Positions 38,680-52,301 are shown, counted from the first letter of the stretch. The stretch is DNA of 64,000 nt from Callorhinchus milii (GCF_018977255.1 NW_024704743.1:83454001-83518000); one strand, 5' to 3'. Program-made: numbers and translations. The notes: generated by a model from the sequence alone, not told the origin.

Positions 38680-39347
38680 CCAACAAACAAATTACATTTG
38701 TACAGCGCCTTTCACTTCAGGAGGATGCCCCAAGGCACTTGACAGTCAGGGATTTGGACACGAGCAGGGTTGGGATCAGGGAGAGTGGAGGGCAGGGAAG
38801 GCAGGAAGGTGACCAAAGACGCGGTCGATGAGGAGGGTTTTGAGACGTGCCTTGAAGGAGGCAAGGGAGGGAGCGAGGCAAAGAGACTGTGGGATGGAGC
38901 TCAAAAGGATGGTGGCAGAGACTGAAGGCCCGGCCATCGATGGTGGGGTGGGCCAGGCAGGGGACATGGAGCAGGCCAGAGTCTGCTGAGCAGAGGGAGC
39001 AGACAGGTCGATATAGCGTTAGCAGGTCACAGAAGTAGAAAGAAGCAAGGCCTGCGAAGGGCTTTGAAGTCAAGGACGAGGATTTTGAACTATGCTCTGG
39101 GGGATGGGAAGCCAATGGAGCTGGGTGAGGGTGAGTGTGATGCGGTCACGGAGCCTGGTGTGGGAGAGGACACAAGCTGCAGAGTTCTGGATGATCTGCA
39201 GCTTGTGGAGGAAAGAGTTGGGAAGGCCAACAAGTAGACAGTTGGTGTAGTCGAGCCTAGATATAACAAATGCATGAATGAGGGTCTCGGTGGCCTGAGG
39301 GGTTAGGCGGTGGTGGAGTCAGGTGATGTTGCGGAGGTGGGGGAAGG
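38680..39347 (-). mobile_element. L2 LINE 3' fragment
   Basis: HKLQIIQNSAA, TIDGRAFSL, SFKARLKTLLID; L2 tail at the left. Confidence 0.9.
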
Positions 39348-39904
39348 GTACGTCCCTGTTCATGATCACTATTCAAATAACTGATATAACATAATAATTT
39401 AATAATCCTTACATTTGGTATAGCGCCTCTCATGTCAAATGGACGCCTCAAAGCACTTTGTAGGTTATAGTGCAAAGTGGAGTGACTTTTGTAGTTGAAG
39501 GTCCACTGTGAATGTCAGATAGAGACCAGATCTGGGTCAGTAGTGATTGAATAAGCTTTCTGATTCTCACTGTCTAGACGGACACATGAGGGATGGCTAA
39601 TACCATAGGCTCATGAAGCACTGGTCTATTGTTATCTGTAGATCTGTACCTCATCATGCATCTTTACCTTCCAGAGAGAATGGGTAAGTGGGTAAAATAT
39701 TGGCGGAAAATTATAGGAACAATAATGAATTGAAATAATATGAAAAAAAACTTTCAACCTTTGATGACCCACACTGGAGTATAACACAAGTTATTCCCTA
39801 ACTTCACTGTGCACTTATTAGTGCAGAATTAAAAGTTTGCTCGTGGTCGAACCTCAATGTTCAGATCGATGTGCATAGTTGATAGCCTTAAAGTTCAATC
39901 AATT

Positions 39905-40220
39905 GGACTTGCATTTAATATCACACCTTTTCATTCCATCAAAATGTTTCAAAGCACTTCACAGGATTTAATAATAAAGTTGAATTACTGTATATACAAC
40001 AATGTCCCATAAACAGCCATGAATTGAATCACCAATTCTATCTGGGGAATTGTTGGCCAGGACACCAGGAAAAACTTGTTTCTCTTTAGAAATAGTGCCA
40101 TGGGATCTTTAAACATATACCTGGTGGGACCTTGGTTTAACATCTCATCCGTAGGATGCAGTCAATAGTCAGTCCTCCCTCCCTCAGCTTAGACTGTGAG
40201 TTCAAAGTCCTGACGTGGGA
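39905..40220 (-). mobile_element. Deu-domain SINE, degenerate
   Basis: Reverse Deu motifs AATAGTGCCATGGGATCTTTAA and GGTTTAACATCTCATCCG. Confidence 0.78.
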
Positions 40221-42071
40221 GCCAGATAAAAATGTGGGAAGTAAAATCATTACGGCAAACGGAGAAACCGCAGGGAAATAATATTAAAAGATATGACATA
40301 ATCTTTATAAACCACTGGGAAAAGGCTCAATGGGATGAATTGTCTCCTCCTGTTCCTATTCCCCAATGTTCCTAATAGAGGCCGAGGAGAAGGGAAACTG
40401 ATTTCATCTAAAACAGAAGTGTAGTTTTATATTTGCCTTTCACTTAAGGATAACTCTTCATTTACCCTACAGAATTAAAGTGTATTTAAATTACCCAAAC
40501 AGCTGCTCATTGCTGAGAAAATAAAACTGTGACTCACTAACCATGGTCAACCACAGTTGGAGAATGGTGGGAGAGGAATTGTTGATGAGTTCCTGAGAAA
40601 ATATACAACCACCTGGTTGTAATAAAGCAAATGTAGGTCAATTTATTGAAATGAAATAAGCAACTCCACTACGGAGATTGCTAAAACCGTGTCCCTGTGA
40701 ATGAACAAAAGCATGCAACACATGCTGCTTGTCATCTACATAATGAATGTATCAATGCTTCCGATTAACTTACTATAATATTCATATCCTACATTCTGAT
40801 CATGCGAGCTGATGGTTTTAGACGTTCTGAATCCATCTGTTACATTAGTCATTGCAATTCATGAATCAGTGTTCATTATATCGCAATGCAGACTGCACTA
40901 CGGAGTTTCTAGTGCACATTGGTTTAAACATGATGAAAAGATGAATTATTCACTTTAATCCTGTATTCAATTCACAGGAAAATAGGAATAAAACAGAAAT
41001 TAAATTCATTTATCTAAATAGATGCATTGGTGCTTGTTCTGAACATTTTTAAAGCTGTTGTCAATATTAATCAGTTTTTTTATACTTGTATGTTTTCATT
41101 AGAAAACAGTTCAGACATCATCTGTATTACATTTAATATACCTTCAGAACAGAATGTACTATTTTCTTTTGGTCCATCTGTTTCAATCAGTTCTGTATAA
41201 AAAAAAGGGCCTAGAGGAAATAGTATGAGTTAGATGAAATTTTAGTGAGAAATTTCACAAAGAGAACATGAAACACCCATTGCTGTAAAACAAACAACTT
41301 CCGCAAACAACATTAAGACGACAGTGGTTATCAGAGTGGAATACACGCATCCATTATTTCAAATCAATCTGTGCCAAACTCACCACGGAGGTGTGGTTTA
41401 AAGTTGTGCTTCACAATTTTTGTCTAAATCATATGGTGAAGGTCCTCAAGGCACAAATGCATGACTCCATTCATGACATTACCAATTTTCATGACTGACT
41501 GGTACAATACTAATTATTTCTGATGCACCAGAACCTGTGATACCAAGCAGAGTATTATTTTTGGAGTGGATGGGTGGTGGGCTAGAGGAAGAATGGGTTT
41601 AGAGGCAGAAATATTTCGCGAAACACAATTTTTTTAAAAAAAACATTAATTTCACTTTAACTTGGGATTTTTTGTTGTTTTGTGCACTATTGTTACCGGT
41701 ATTACAATCAATGGTACTCCCAAAATGAAATAAAAATAATGTAACTCAAATCTATTGTGTTGTAGAGAGCAACAGGAACCTCAGAGAAATTACAAAGCTG
41801 TTTTTACACTGAGGGTTTTGAGTAATGCACTAAAGAGGCTTATAACACTGAATCACGGCATAAAATTATAGGCCCCAAATTATCACGAGACAGATATGCA
41901 TATATTATATATTACATTACAGGAACATATATACCTCTATAACTTACTATGAATTCATAAGATGTGTTATTTGGTCTCAAATTCATTTATTTGCTGACAA
42001 TGACTGTTACTTAATGCCAAGAGCCAATGTGCTACATGATATTGGTTAGTGATGTTCACAACAAAGTTTTA

Positions 42072-42510
42072 TAATAATAGTAATAAACCTTGTATTGATA
42101 TAACCTAACATGTCAATAGATCTCAAAGTGCTTCACAGGATTTAACTGTAAAGCGTAGTGACTGTATATTTATAAATTAATGCGGCAAACAATTTGCACA
42201 CAGCATTGACCCATAAGCAGCCATGAAGTGAATGACCAATTTTATCTGGGGAATTGTTGACTAGGAGAAACTTCCTTTTCTTTTCAAATAGTGCCTTGGA
42301 ATCTGAACTGGGCCTTTTTAACGTCTCATCCGAGGGACAGCGCCTTCGACAATGCAGTTCACCTCCAGCGCTGCACTGGTGAGTCAGCCTAATAATAATA
42401 TAATAATAATTCTTGCATTTGATATAGCATCTTATCACATCAAGATGCCTCAAAGCGCCTCACAGAATACACTATAAAGTGAATTGACTGTATATTTTGT
42501 GGGCAAAACA
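42072..42510 (-). mobile_element. Deu-domain SINE (42072-42390) plus an adjacent SINE tail (42390-42510)
   Basis: TTTAACGTCTCATCCGAGGGACAGCGCC reverse Deu core; a second reverse tail follows. Confidence 0.78.
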
Positions 42511-43175
42511 AAAGAGACTGTGAGATCACACTCGTGGGGCTTGAAATAAATTATAACATAAACATGAAAAACAGGAGAATTCGGTTCCGGTTCCCGGGAT
42601 ATACGCTTAATTCAACTTTAGCACCTGCCACTGAATTCCATTGGCACAAGTGGTTTCAGGCTTAACTTTTATGATAAAGATGTGATGGGAAGAGTCTCTC
42701 TGAACCAGACATCGACAATATGATAATATCATCTGTGATAATTATCACTTCATACATTACAATTGTCCCCCTTTAACAATCCATCCTTCACCTACTGAAC
42801 CTACTGAACAGGTGGCAGGAGATGTGCATTCTCTCAGCCCAGTGGAAGCTCTAATGGAATACACAGCAACATTCAAGAAGAAAGACAAAACCAAGGCTAT
42901 CCTCAGTAATGAACTGGGCAGACAATCACACATGTACGAACATGAAATGCCTCTAGAGAACAATTACTGAATTTCCTTTCCTATATAGATTGACAAAGGA
43001 CTTCACAGCACACTTTCGTACTGCATTGCACACAGACTATGTTGCTGGATTGCACAAATGTCTCTTCACTCCTGCATTTGTGTCTCACTCAAGACTCTAA
43101 ACTATTACATCTGTGAAATCTGTCAGATGTCAACAATACTAATTACAAAATAACCTTACATACTCCTTGTGTTAC

Positions 43176-43245
43176 CTTTCTTCTCCAGTCACGTCTTTGG
43201 GTTTGTTGTTATGTCACGATGTAAACTACTGAAGGTGCCACGATT
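43176..43245 (-). other. Candidate 70-nt non-coding (5'UTR) exon
   Basis: gctcacttatttttgtcatgcag| acceptor with CTCAC branch motif; AAG|gtaaca donor (alternative |gtaagg donor 16 nt further); stops in all frames. Confidence 0.4.
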
Positions 43246-46044
43246 CTGCATGACAAAAATAAGTGAGCAAGCCTTTTGATGCTGTGGTAGAAAGCACTTT
43301 TTCTTATTACCTAGCTACATTTTCCTGCTTTTCCCTGTTTATTTGCGTATATATTTTATATAACAATAATAACAGTAATGTGTTACAAATAGTCATGAAG
43401 TGAATAAACATTTTTTCGGAGGATTTTTGGCCAGGGGACACCAGGAAAAACTCCTTTCTCTTTCAGATAGTGTTGTGGGCCCTCACATGCCAGACTGTGA
43501 CTTGTTGCACCTCTTCCCACGATTGTGCTATTGAAGCTGAGTGCTGACCACGGAATATTATACACCAGCTAAAAAAAAATGCATTTCTTTTTATTCTTTA
43601 ACCATTTGACTGCTGAAATTTTTCTCCCAATGTGTCAGTCACCGCACCTAATCAACAAGCAACCAGCATAGAAATACTATAGAGGATAAGCATCTTTGTT
43701 TAGAATCATTGTTTAAATACCTTAATGATATCTACGTAAATTAATTGGACATCTCCCACAAGAGAGGTGCTGCTTACTCTATTACATATGTATGCTCTAT
43801 CCAAATACTTAATTGTACAACAAAACCCTAAACCCTCTTAAGAAAAGTCTCTACAGAATCCAAGGGACTATGTGCAATGTCTCCCTAGCTACAAGAATTT
43901 AAGCTGCAATTACTAAAGAATATTTAAAGTCTGAAAGCAAAACAATAGCCAGGAGATATACTTGTAAAATAATCTGAAAAGTTAAGTGAACATTATGTGT
44001 GAGCATTAAGTGTTCCTCAATTTAAAAGATTACTTGTGTTATTGTGGGTACAATTTTAATCCAGCATGAAGTTCATAAAACTGTTTACCTTCTGTTGAGT
44101 TATCTCACACATCCTCACTTTCAGATAATAAATAATAATCCTTACATATGATATAGTGATTTATCATGTCATCGAGACGTCTGAAAGCGCTTCACAGAAT
44201 TTTACTGTGAGGTGCCGCGAGATAAGCTGCCAGTACAGTACATCTAAATATTATGTATTTATCGTAAAGTCGTACCTTTTCCTTGGTAACAGAGGTTTGG
44301 AATCAATTATTGTTAGTGACAATCCACATTTGGTTTGTTTCAGTATTTAAGTACAGCAAACCAAAAGGTGTAGTTTTAAAGAAAAACAACATACCGATTA
44401 GTTTCTCTAAGAAATATTAAAACATGCACAGAAAAGGTGAATCAATGTTAAGTACAAATATAGACGTACTTCATGGTAACATCACACAGGAACTCAACTC
44501 CAATACAATCTACATCTGATCGCTGTTCCCATGGGTTGACCGGTAATCTAATGGGATTCCTTCATAAAAATTTCCTTAATGAGGAATCCCATTAAGAAAT
44601 ATTGCAAATGAGACACAATAATGCTTGAGGGATTTGCTCTCCCCATTTTAAAATGGAAATTCCCCCAGAGCAGCTTTAACCAGATGTTCTTTTACATTTT
44701 TAAGTAAAAAATAATGAAGTAATTAAGGAAATCAATTGATGAACATATTTTAAACAATTATATATATATTTAAATTTAGGTTTTTACGTACTTTGGAGTC
44801 CTAATTTAATTTAGCCACAGCATGTAATTGAATAGTTGTGATAAGATAGTTTAACCTGGTTTAAGTTATCTGCTTGTGATTCATTCGCTGCATTAGTAGA
44901 TGGTGCAAAACCAAGGAGTTTTTCTTCAAGAAACAACAACTTGAATTTATATGATACTCTTCAAGTAGGGTAACATCTTGGAAGGATTGGGTTGGATGCC
45001 AAGCAAGGGAGAGGGGAGAGTTTCTGCGGCTGACAAGAAAGAAAAAAAATCTCAAATCCAAAAATCCAATGAGCCAAGACCACGTCAATTGGGAGAGGAG
45101 GTAGGGGTTGTCATGATCAAACCTTCATCAAAATATTTATCAATCGGCTGCCGCATTTCGCCCACAAAATATACAATCAATCCACTTCATAGTATATTCT
45201 GTGAAGCACTTTGAGACTTCTCAAGTGTGATAAGGCGCTATATCAAATGCAACGATTATTATTACTAAAGTAAGGTTCTCAAAACATGCAAAAGAAACAT
45301 GTTATCTGTTAGAGAAAATGTTTATAGTAATTGAAAAGAGTGGCTTTTCAAATGATAGTTGTGTGACAAACTTGAGCGGAGAATGGTATGTGCAGTTCAA
45401 GGATGTGCATGGCCTCAAGCAGGATCTATTCATTTTAACATCTTGCTGAGTGAGACCTTAAAATGACTGCAGTTTTCATTCCTGCCTAGGATTCCTGCCC
45501 TTCTTATTGTCAGCTGGGACTCATCTTCAACTCTTCAAACGCAGTTTGCTCAAATAAAAAAAGCTGAATGTTTAAATCAGTCCATGTTTCTTATTTTATA
45601 TTAAAAAGGCAATATAATAAATGTTAGTACGGAATTTATTACTTTTGCAAAAGATAACCATGTATTTATATCTCCAAAAGTACTTATGTACAAATTGATC
45701 AAATTTCGTGGATGCTTTTGGTTTCTAGATTGAAAAGGGGAATCAAATTTAGGTGAGCCACAGTGCAGTGTAATTTACCACAGATAAAGGATATTAAAAT
45801 GTTTAAATATTAAAGTTTACTTTTTTGAACATTGATATGTCTGATCTTAATTNAAAAACTAGAGGGNAAAAACACCAAACCATGTGCAAAGTAAAACCTG
45901 CAAATCTAAACATAACCTACTTGTGATCCTTTGCATTGGAAGCCATCTTATTCTATAATATGCTTTGGAGTCTGAAAAAATAAAAACTTGGAACGATTAA
46001 ATTATTCATAAAATAATAAAGTTGGATCACGGTTATTAGTCGAT

Positions 46045-46255
46045 TGGCGGATCACTTTCCGGAAGTAATAATCCCTCCACAAAAGTAAATAAATTGGTTA
46101 CACAATTGGGACACCACTGTGTGCAATTGACTGCCTTGTTTTGCCCACAAAGTACAGTCAGTTTAGTTTACAGTAAATCCTGTGAGGCGCTTTGAGACAT
46201 TTCAACCCCATGATAAGGCACTATATCACACGTAAGGATGATTATTATTATTATT
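46045..46255 (+). mobile_element. 5'-truncated long-form SINE
   Basis: TCACTTTCCGGAAGTAATAATCCCTCC matches the long-form junction at 32090-32112. Confidence 0.7.
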
Positions 46256-47074
46256 GTCAAATTAGGGTGTCCTGAAATTTGATGACACTGCAACATCCTA
46301 GATTGCTCTTTGATGTCTCCAGTGCAGAGTTAAGGGAAAGCATAATGGGTTTGGACAACGCTTACATCACAGCAGCTTGGTTTGAGAGTTGGAGAATAAA
46401 CTCACCACTGACACTTGGAATGACACATAACTTGTTTTATAAATGCACATTTATTTATTTTTTTGAAAAGAGGTGCAGGCAGATTGGGCTCGGTTTGTTT
46501 AGACTGCTAGCCAAAATACACCAATTGTATCTTCAGAAAATTATCCCAAACTAATAATTTCAGAATGATGCTACAATACCTTGGCCAAGGGGAAGTGAGA
46601 AGGTGGATAAATACAAAAACAAAATAAAAAAATTCCCTATTCTAACTTGGTACCGGACATTCATTTACAAATACACAGTCACTACACTTCACAGTAAGGT
46701 CTCTGATGCGCTCTGAAATGTTTTGACGATGGGATAAGACTCTATATCCAATGCAATGATTATTATTACCACCACAGCTCATTAAAAGAACTAAAAAGTC
46801 ATAACGTTATAACCAGCAACAGGACAGAGGAAGCATAAGAGATGATTTATACCATGACACACTAAACAATGACTCTGAGACACAAATCGAGATTACATTC
46901 CCAAATACAAGATATATTATTCATTTGCTAATTTCGCATTCAATAAATCTCAAAAAAGTTTCAATTAAATCCTAAATTGTTCATTCTTCCTTCAAGTATA
47001 TTTTGTTTTTCTTCTGTCCCACAAGTGTGTTTTGTTCTTCGTTCTATCCTACAGGTTCTATGCTACATAAGAAT

Positions 47075-47872
47075 CCACTCCAATGCAGTGCTGGAGGTGA
47101 ATTATATTGTCAGAGGTGACATCCTTCAAATGAAGCATTGAACCAAGCTTCCATCTGCCTGTTCAGATGGACTTTTTTTGGGTCAGCCATGTGTCTGACA
47201 CATACAGAAATGCATCACCCATGCTTAGAAGTATCCAAATCAAACTGAGACTTCCCTGCATCCCATCTATACATGGAAACTCCTGAGATATTTATTGAAA
47301 TGGAATACTATCTCTTTCCCTGGAGGGATGCATCCTGCTTATCTAATTAAGGAGGGTAGGCAAGAACCAAGGTTTGGGTACCCAGAGTATGTGTTGGGGT
47401 ACTGCTGGCTTCTAACCAGCTAAAACAACATAACGTGCCATTGAAAACACTGTCTGGCAAGTGTTCCTGCTGCCTGTCCAGCGAAGACCCGTTAGAGCTT
47501 TGGCTTTGCAGGAGCCCCCAATGACTTATCTGTCCTTCCAGGTCCTGCCGATCAGCCAAACTGTGCTGTCGTCAGCAGTCTCCTGGAATACTGCAGACCC
47601 ACCTGGCGCAGGAACTGTACTATCAAGATCGCCAGAGAGCTGACTCAATTTTGACATTCTGTTGTCAAACATGTCACTATGGAGCTAGTTCAGCTCCAAG
47701 GAGACACCACTTCCTTCTTCCCAAACGAGAATATGTTAGGAGGACATTAAAGATGCCACTATTTGAAAAAGAGAAGGGAGTTTCTCCTGGTGTCCTGTCC
47801 AACAATCCTCCAGATAAAAAAATGGTGATCATAATAAGGCTCTGTATCAATTACAAGAATTATTATTATTAT
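47075..47872 (+). mobile_element. Deu-domain SINE split by a 569-bp insertion
   Basis: 47075-47172 (ending ...TTCAGATGGAC) continues at 47742 (GGACATTAAAGAT...CACTATTTGAAAAAGAGAAGGGAG). Confidence 0.75.
47173..47741. mobile_element. Unclassified inserted element with 4-bp TSD (GGAC)
   Basis: GGAC at 47169-47172 and 47742-47745; T7 at the left end; internal homology to 14362-14520. Confidence 0.6.
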
Positions 47873-49567
47873 TTGGTTCTTCATTTTATCTCACAGGTTT
47901 GTTTGGTTCCTTTTTAATGGCAAATTTCAAACAAAGAATTGTGTTTTTGTTGGATTCAAAACAGTTCTACTAAAACAGTTCCACGAACATTAGGTGAGTA
48001 TTAAGTGTCAGAAAAATTGTGAAATTGCTGAAGGATTTGTGGAATGTTGGTGTAGATTATTATGACCAATTCTGTATTAAACTGCAAGCAAATGATCCGT
48101 ATTTTCCAGTAGTACAAAGCCTACTTTGGGGACTCATCTGGCAAAAGCAAGATTTGTTGAGTCAAACTTTTTCCTACCAAACCTGTGAGTCACCAAACAA
48201 ACAAAAATGAGATGAAAGCCATGACAAGCAAGGCCTTTAGTACTCACAATTACCATTTAAAGAGATTTTTTAATAAATCTGTATTGCTACAATGTGTCAG
48301 CAATCAGATATTAAGAACACTCCACACATTAATGTTTCCGTACTTCTACAAATACCACATTACAGTCAGTCATCCGTTACCACCTGACAGCAACAGGAAA
48401 CTTTCCAAAGCAGAACTTGATGCTGCAAACGTTATCAGTTGCTTTGTAGTGCTGAGCCAGGTACACTGAGTACTTAAATAAAATAAGCTATTGCTTAACT
48501 GTGGTCAATCTCTCCGGTTCACTGTGCTGTATTCTGTCAATACTGTCAGCTGGAGCAGTGGTTTGCTGTCATATTGTGGATAAGTGAGCTCCAGTCAAAC
48601 TGCCCGGAGCTTTCCCCATGCCTTGCTGTTCTTTACCCAGACATGTATGAAATCATCAAGAGCATCAATGTGATGGTGATGTTCCACTTGGCATCCACTG
48701 CCCTGTTCTGTTGATCATGCACACATAATATTGAAAGGTGTGCTCCAAAACAGTTCAAAACATGAAACTAGAAAGCAGCAAACTGGTTCTAGTGATCCAA
48801 GACACAACAGTATTTGTTCTAGCTCATCTGCTTCTCAAAGCAACATGAACAGGTAGCTAAGTGTGGACTACACCCGAAACAAAACACATATTTCAGATTG
48901 GACAGGGAAAGAGGGCAATGTTTCAGGGTAAGCTTAACACAGAAACCAGGAAATATTCCTTGACACAGAGAGTAAGTAACAGCTTTAGCAGGTTACCAGG
49001 AAGATTGGTAGAGGCCAGGATGCTGATTGCAGCAATTTTGTGCGTCACCAAGTCCCTCACCCTAAAAAGGAACAAACATGGCTAGACATAATAATCCACT
49101 ACCAGTGCAACTCTTACTGAAGTTTTTTTAAATTGTAAAATAAATCTTAATATACTTCTCTAATATGATACGGGTATTCTCCAGTAAAATAAGATTCATC
49201 TCAACTTTCTGTGTTTTTTGTCATTTGAAACAAAAGAGAAAAGGATACCCATGATTAAAATGATGACATTAACCCCCTAGCAATATACTATTATATTTAA
49301 TCTGTATTTAATTAATAGATCAGTGCAGTGGATTGGGTACAACTATTATGGAGGAAATGGCTAGCAGTTAAACTGGATTTGGTGACCCCCACAAACTCAT
49401 CATAGACCACTGATAAACAGAAGTTTACAAGAACTGCTTTGGGAAAATTATTCATAGGTTATCACGGTGTCCTTTGCAAACTGGGCTACACTGAAAATGG
49501 AAAGCACTATGGTTTACAAAGACCAATATAAATGGGCTATTTATCACACCTCGCTTTGATACTTTAC

Positions 49568-49607
49568 CTGCAGCAGCAAATGAGAGCTGAACAGCTCCTT
49601 TTTGTCC
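49568..49607 (-). other. Candidate 40-nt exon
   Basis: ctgcttgctacctctattgtcatag|GGACAAAAAG...GCTGCTGCAG|gtaaag. Confidence 0.3.
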
Positions 49608-49919
49608 CTATGACAATAGAGGTAGCAAGCAGCTGACTTTTCAGGAACAAGCAGATACCTACTAGACAATGGTGATGGTGTTGTTCATTTAATCTGCCAA
49701 GAAATACTTTAAATTCTCCATTTTACTGTTTTTGTTGGTGCTGTAAATTTGGTATATCATTCGTCCATTTCAAACTTGTTTGGTGCCTTCTAAATATAAA
49801 ATAAAAATTATAATCTAGATTTTATGGCAGTTGTCTTCCTTCAGTGGTAAAGTTATACAGTACTGAGAGGGATACTTGTTGAATTCTCCATTAAAGCAAA
49901 CAGCATACCCACCCCCATA

Positions 49920-50240
49920 GTCCATAGATACCAGAAGATCACAGATTCAATCCAGCTCTGCGCTAAATTATTTTTTTCTCTGATGAGGCCATCAGTTGCC
50001 ACAATGGGCCTTAGAGCTCTTGAGCTAGAGGAGATGGTGGCAAATAAAATCAGTCAAGATTTCCCACTGCTTTTCACTGGCAACTGACTCTGCGTGCAAG
50101 TGCAGATGTTACATGAGAACAGAATTGAGTTCAGCTATGATTTCCTCCATGGCTGAGGAGCAGGCCAAAGCTCACTGTCTGGGTCACATAATGAGAAGAT
50201 GGGGCAGCAGCTATCCATGGAACCATATTCTAAAGCTCAG
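49920..50240 (+). mobile_element. Ancient SINE-like repeat
   Basis: Box-B-like GATTCAATCC; CTCACTGTCT...ATGAG...GATGG shared with 39566; TGGAACCATA shared with 11155. Confidence 0.5.
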
Positions 50241-51702
50241 TGCTTTCAACAACAGCAACTTAAATCTTTTTGCCCAGTCACTACATTTTACGGTATATTC
50301 TGTGAAGCACTTTGAGATGTCTCAAAGATGTGATAAGACGCTATATCAAATGCAAACAAATTACTATTATTATTATTATTAAATCTCTTAGCAATAGCAG
50401 AGCTGGACACCGGGCAAGGGAGAAAGGGATGGTGACCGTAAGCACTGTCAAGAGGATTGGAACGCATAAAAGACAAAGAAACTGGAAGCAGCATAGTTTA
50501 GATGCAGATGGGCAAATCATATTTGCCTATTTTTGTATAACTCTCACTGGTTCCTGTTTCTCTGAAGCAAAGTTATTGTGAAATTGGAGACCATATATTC
50601 TGTACCTGCATGTTTGAACATTGTGAATTCAGTCAATTGTTGATGGAGCATGAATCGCTACATATGATATGATATGATACGCTACATATGATATCGCTAC
50701 ATATTACACATATGTGTAACAGCAACTACTGTAAACAAGAATAGAGTAACTGGGGTAAATTACATTGACCTCAAGTGTTTACGCCAAATGGAGAGTAGAT
50801 TTGGATGTTTAAGGAAACTCAATAGAAAATAAGGGTGAAATTACTTCAGTATAATCACAAAAGCAGTGTAAATGTAGATTATTTGTTATATTTTATATTT
50901 TGGGTTTTAGTAAAGAGAATACTGAGATTAAGAAACATAAAATATTCCTATGCCTTTACTTAGCTATATAACACTGTTGTTACAGACCTTATACAATGTA
51001 AAACATACATATATTATAAAGTCCGAATGACGACCAGTATTCAAAGCCCTAAAATCATGATCAGACTAACAAAAGAGCAAAAGATATTTACATTCTCAAT
51101 AATAACTACCAGATTAACAGTTACTCAATGAAACCTGGCACAAAAACGACCCTAAACTAAATTGAAGAAAAACAAATGAACCTGCAAGGAGTGTTTTACA
51201 GTCATTGTGACCCACAGTACTCGGGAGCAAAAGTGAAGTCCAATGTAAAAGCACAACTTGCCACAGTTTTAGCCTCTTTATAAAAAGTTAATACCAAGTC
51301 TGGCCTCCACCTCTGCTCCTGCTCACTCCTTGAAATGATCATTAAGATAAAATAATTCAGTCACCAAATTCACCAATACAAAGCTTGAGGTAATGTTATT
51401 CATTAACATATTATTATCAGGAAGGGAAAAAGTAACTTTTGAATCCAGGAAAGGAAAATAATTCGCCCTCAACACGAAAGCACTTATTTGCCACAAATAA
51501 AAACATAACCATCATTTTACAGCCATCGGTGCCAAGTACTGTCGAAAATCTCAGGCCGAGAAGCTCAAAACTTGGCATTTCCCTTTTTGAAAATTCAGTG
51601 CTTTTGTCAAACTGTGCAAGAAAAGGTCTTCAGATGGAAAAACAAGAATAAGAATGTTTTGCAGGTTTAAAATTTGAAAAAATATAAATTAATTGTTCCC
51701 CC

Positions 51703-51871
51703 CCACACACACACACATACATACTTAGACACACACTTACACACACACACTTACACATACATACACATATACATGCACATATACAGATACACATAGACAC
51801 ACGCATACTTACATACACACACAGAGACACACACTTACACACACAGAGACACACTTAAAACACATACACAC
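51703..51871 (+). repeat. Imperfect (CA)n microsatellite
   Basis: Direct reading. Confidence 0.95.
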
Positions 51872-51899
51872 AAGCCATCTGTTCAGTCAGTGCAACACA

Positions 51900-51945
51900 A
51901 ACCCGCCCAATTGGGCGTGAACCCGCCCAATCTGCCAACATTGGC
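51900..51945. promoter_or_regulatory. CCAAT/GC-box cluster (candidate promoter)
   Basis: AACCCGCCCAAT twice, 20 bp apart; palindrome CGCCCAATTGGGCG at 51904-51917; four CCAAT/ATTGG and two CCGCCC in 46 bp. Confidence 0.55.
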
Positions 51946-51958
51946 TATTGACTGCACA

Positions 51959-52058
51959 TCTCTCTCTCTCTCTCTCTCTCTCCCTTCATTCAGTCTCTCT
52001 CTCTGAGCAGCTCCTCTCTCTCTCTCTCTCTCTCTGATATTCCTCTCTTCTCTCTCTC
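51959..52058 (+). repeat. Interrupted (CT)n microsatellite
   Basis: Direct reading. Confidence 0.95.
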
Positions 52059-52082
52059 ACACACATTCTGTGCTGTACTTAC

Positions 52083-52301
52083 ATTTTATCCAGACATCCC
52101 TCGTAAAAAGGCTCGCAAAACCCGCCTGTGCAATCCCCCCCCACACACACACCGTCCCCTTGGCTCTAAAACAGGATCGACTCCACTAACCACAGACTGT
52201 GCTGACCAGTATCTTCACAAACCAAACCCCTATATAATTTATGCTGAATTTCCATCCAGTCTGAGCCTGAGCTAAACCGAGAGCCGGCTCCTAGTGCCGG
52301 G
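52083..52301 (-). other. Candidate 5'UTR exon (second or alternative first exon)
   Basis: Donor AAT|GTAAGT (52077-52082); possible acceptor gttgttccccag| at 52302; locally CpG-containing. Confidence 0.4.
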
